Below are positions 63,584-64,000 of a stretch of 64,000 nucleotides of DNA, piece after piece (position 1 is the stretch's first letter; every line of letters starts with the position of its first letter). The DNA comes from a virus: the IMG/VR virus record IMGVR_UViG_3300032288_005424; one strand, given 5' to 3'. The position numbers and the translations under genes are program-made. A model generated the notes under the pieces. The model did not search any database and was not told where the DNA came from. It was given only the letters and a program-made list of their open reading frames with translations.

Positions 63584-63660
63584 TGGTGCGGTAGCTCAGA
63601 TGGTAGAGCACAGGACTGAAAATCCTGGTGTCGGCAGTTCGATCCTGCCCCGCACCACCA
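63584..63660 (+). tRNA. tRNA-Phe (anticodon GAA), CCA encoded
   Basis: GGTGCGG-TA-GCTCAGATGGTAGAGC-ACAGGACTGAAAATCCTG-GTGTC-GGCAGTTCGATCCTGCC-CCGCACC-A-CCA. Confidence 0.85.
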
Positions 63661-63745
63661 AAAAAAGATTATGAAAATGAAACGATTAGTAATGAAACGA
63701 AAACGATAAGGTCCCGATGACTCTCATTGAGCTGCGGGACAATAA

Positions 63746-63822
63746 GACTTCGTAACTCAGTTGGTTAGAGTACCATACTTTTAATATGGGAGTCACAGGT
63801 TCGAGTCCTGTCGGGGTCACCA
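63746..63822 (+). tRNA. tRNA-Lys (anticodon UUU), CCA encoded
   Basis: Acceptor GACTTCG/CGGGGTC (two G-U pairs), D-arm ACTCAGTTGGTTAGAGT, anticodon arm CCATA-CTTTTAA-TATGG, T-arm ACAGGTTCGAGTCCTGT. Confidence 0.7.
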
Positions 63823-63830
63823 ATAAAAAT

Positions 63831-63904
63831 TGCGGGATGCGTAGAAAAGGCTATCTCGTCAGTCTCATAAGCTGAAGTTCCCGGTTCGAGTCCGGGTCCC
63901 GCAA
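63831..63904 (+). tRNA. putative tRNA-Met or tRNA-Ile2 (anticodon CAU), irregular D-arm
   Basis: Acceptor TGCGGGA/TCCCGCA, anticodon arm TCAGT-CTCATAA-GCTGA, T-arm CCCGGTTCGAGTCCGGG; D-arm spacing is non-canonical. Confidence 0.5.
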
Positions 63905-63915
63905 CTAAAAAATAC

Positions 63916-63989
63916 ACGGGTGTGGTGCAATGGTAGCATTCCGGTCTCCAAAACCGTCGATGGGAGTTCGAATCTCTCCACCCGTGCCA
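63916..63989 (+). tRNA. tRNA-Trp (anticodon CCA), CCA encoded
   Basis: Acceptor ACGGGTG/CACCCGT, D-arm GTGCAATGGTAGCAT, anticodon loop CTCCAAA, T-arm GGGAGTTCGAATCTCTC, discriminator G plus CCA. Confidence 0.75.
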
Positions 63990-64000
63990 AATATTAAGAA

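Overview
AT-rich (~38% GC) segment of a large virulent phage or prophage of a Bacteroidota host. Host assignment rests on the Bacteroidetes-type -33 TTTG / -7 TAnnTTTG promoters, a T9SS C-terminal sorting domain protein, and the absence of Shine-Dalgarno sites. Genes are tightly packed, mostly on the + strand. Recognisable products: T4-type topoisomerase II large and medium subunits, ribose-phosphate pyrophosphokinase, a hotdog-fold thioesterase, thioredoxin, a metallophosphoesterase, an SPFH/band-7 protein, a RadA/Sms-like ATPase, GH24 and GH19 lysozymes, an NlpC/P60 peptidase, a secreted non-specific nuclease, a SAM-dependent methyltransferase, an HDAC-like deacetylase, a GT2 glycosyltransferase, three sigma-factor-like proteins, and five tRNAs (one Ser, then a 3'-terminal cluster of Phe, Lys, Met?, Trp). 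Main observations: (1) about 24 proteins share an N-terminal motif [M-K-x-(I/L)-K-x-F-x-(E/Q)-(F/W)-(I/V/M)-N-E-A] that closely resembles the T4 capsid-targeting sequence and prohead-protease site of internal proteins; they include a lysozyme, a 2H phosphoesterase, a nucleotidyltransferase and an HExxH protease, so this looks like a large set of capsid-packaged, injected proteins; (2) two promoter classes: repeated terminator-promoter cassettes of host sigma-A type in an early-gene region (12.6-19.8 kb), and a GTATAATA/TAYATTAAAC class placed 6-10 nt before start codons, implying leaderless or near-leaderless mRNAs, possibly read by the phage sigma factors; (3) GC-rich mosaic islands (10.6-13.7, 22.65-24.4, 24.8-26.0 kb) carrying higher-GC versions of phage genes, an IS607-like HTH-serine recombinase without TnpB, a tRNA-like RNA element and a GC-rich repeat region; (4) an over-represented 10-mer ACTCCCTAGT in GC-rich patches, both intergenic and inside coding sequence; (5) a cell-envelope module (46.8-57 kb) encoding an OMP-like beta-barrel, lipoproteins, a CsgG-like lipoprotein, an S/G/T-rich secreted protein, a T9SS-CTD protein and a C-type-lectin protein. 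All functional calls are from motifs read by eye; no searches were run.
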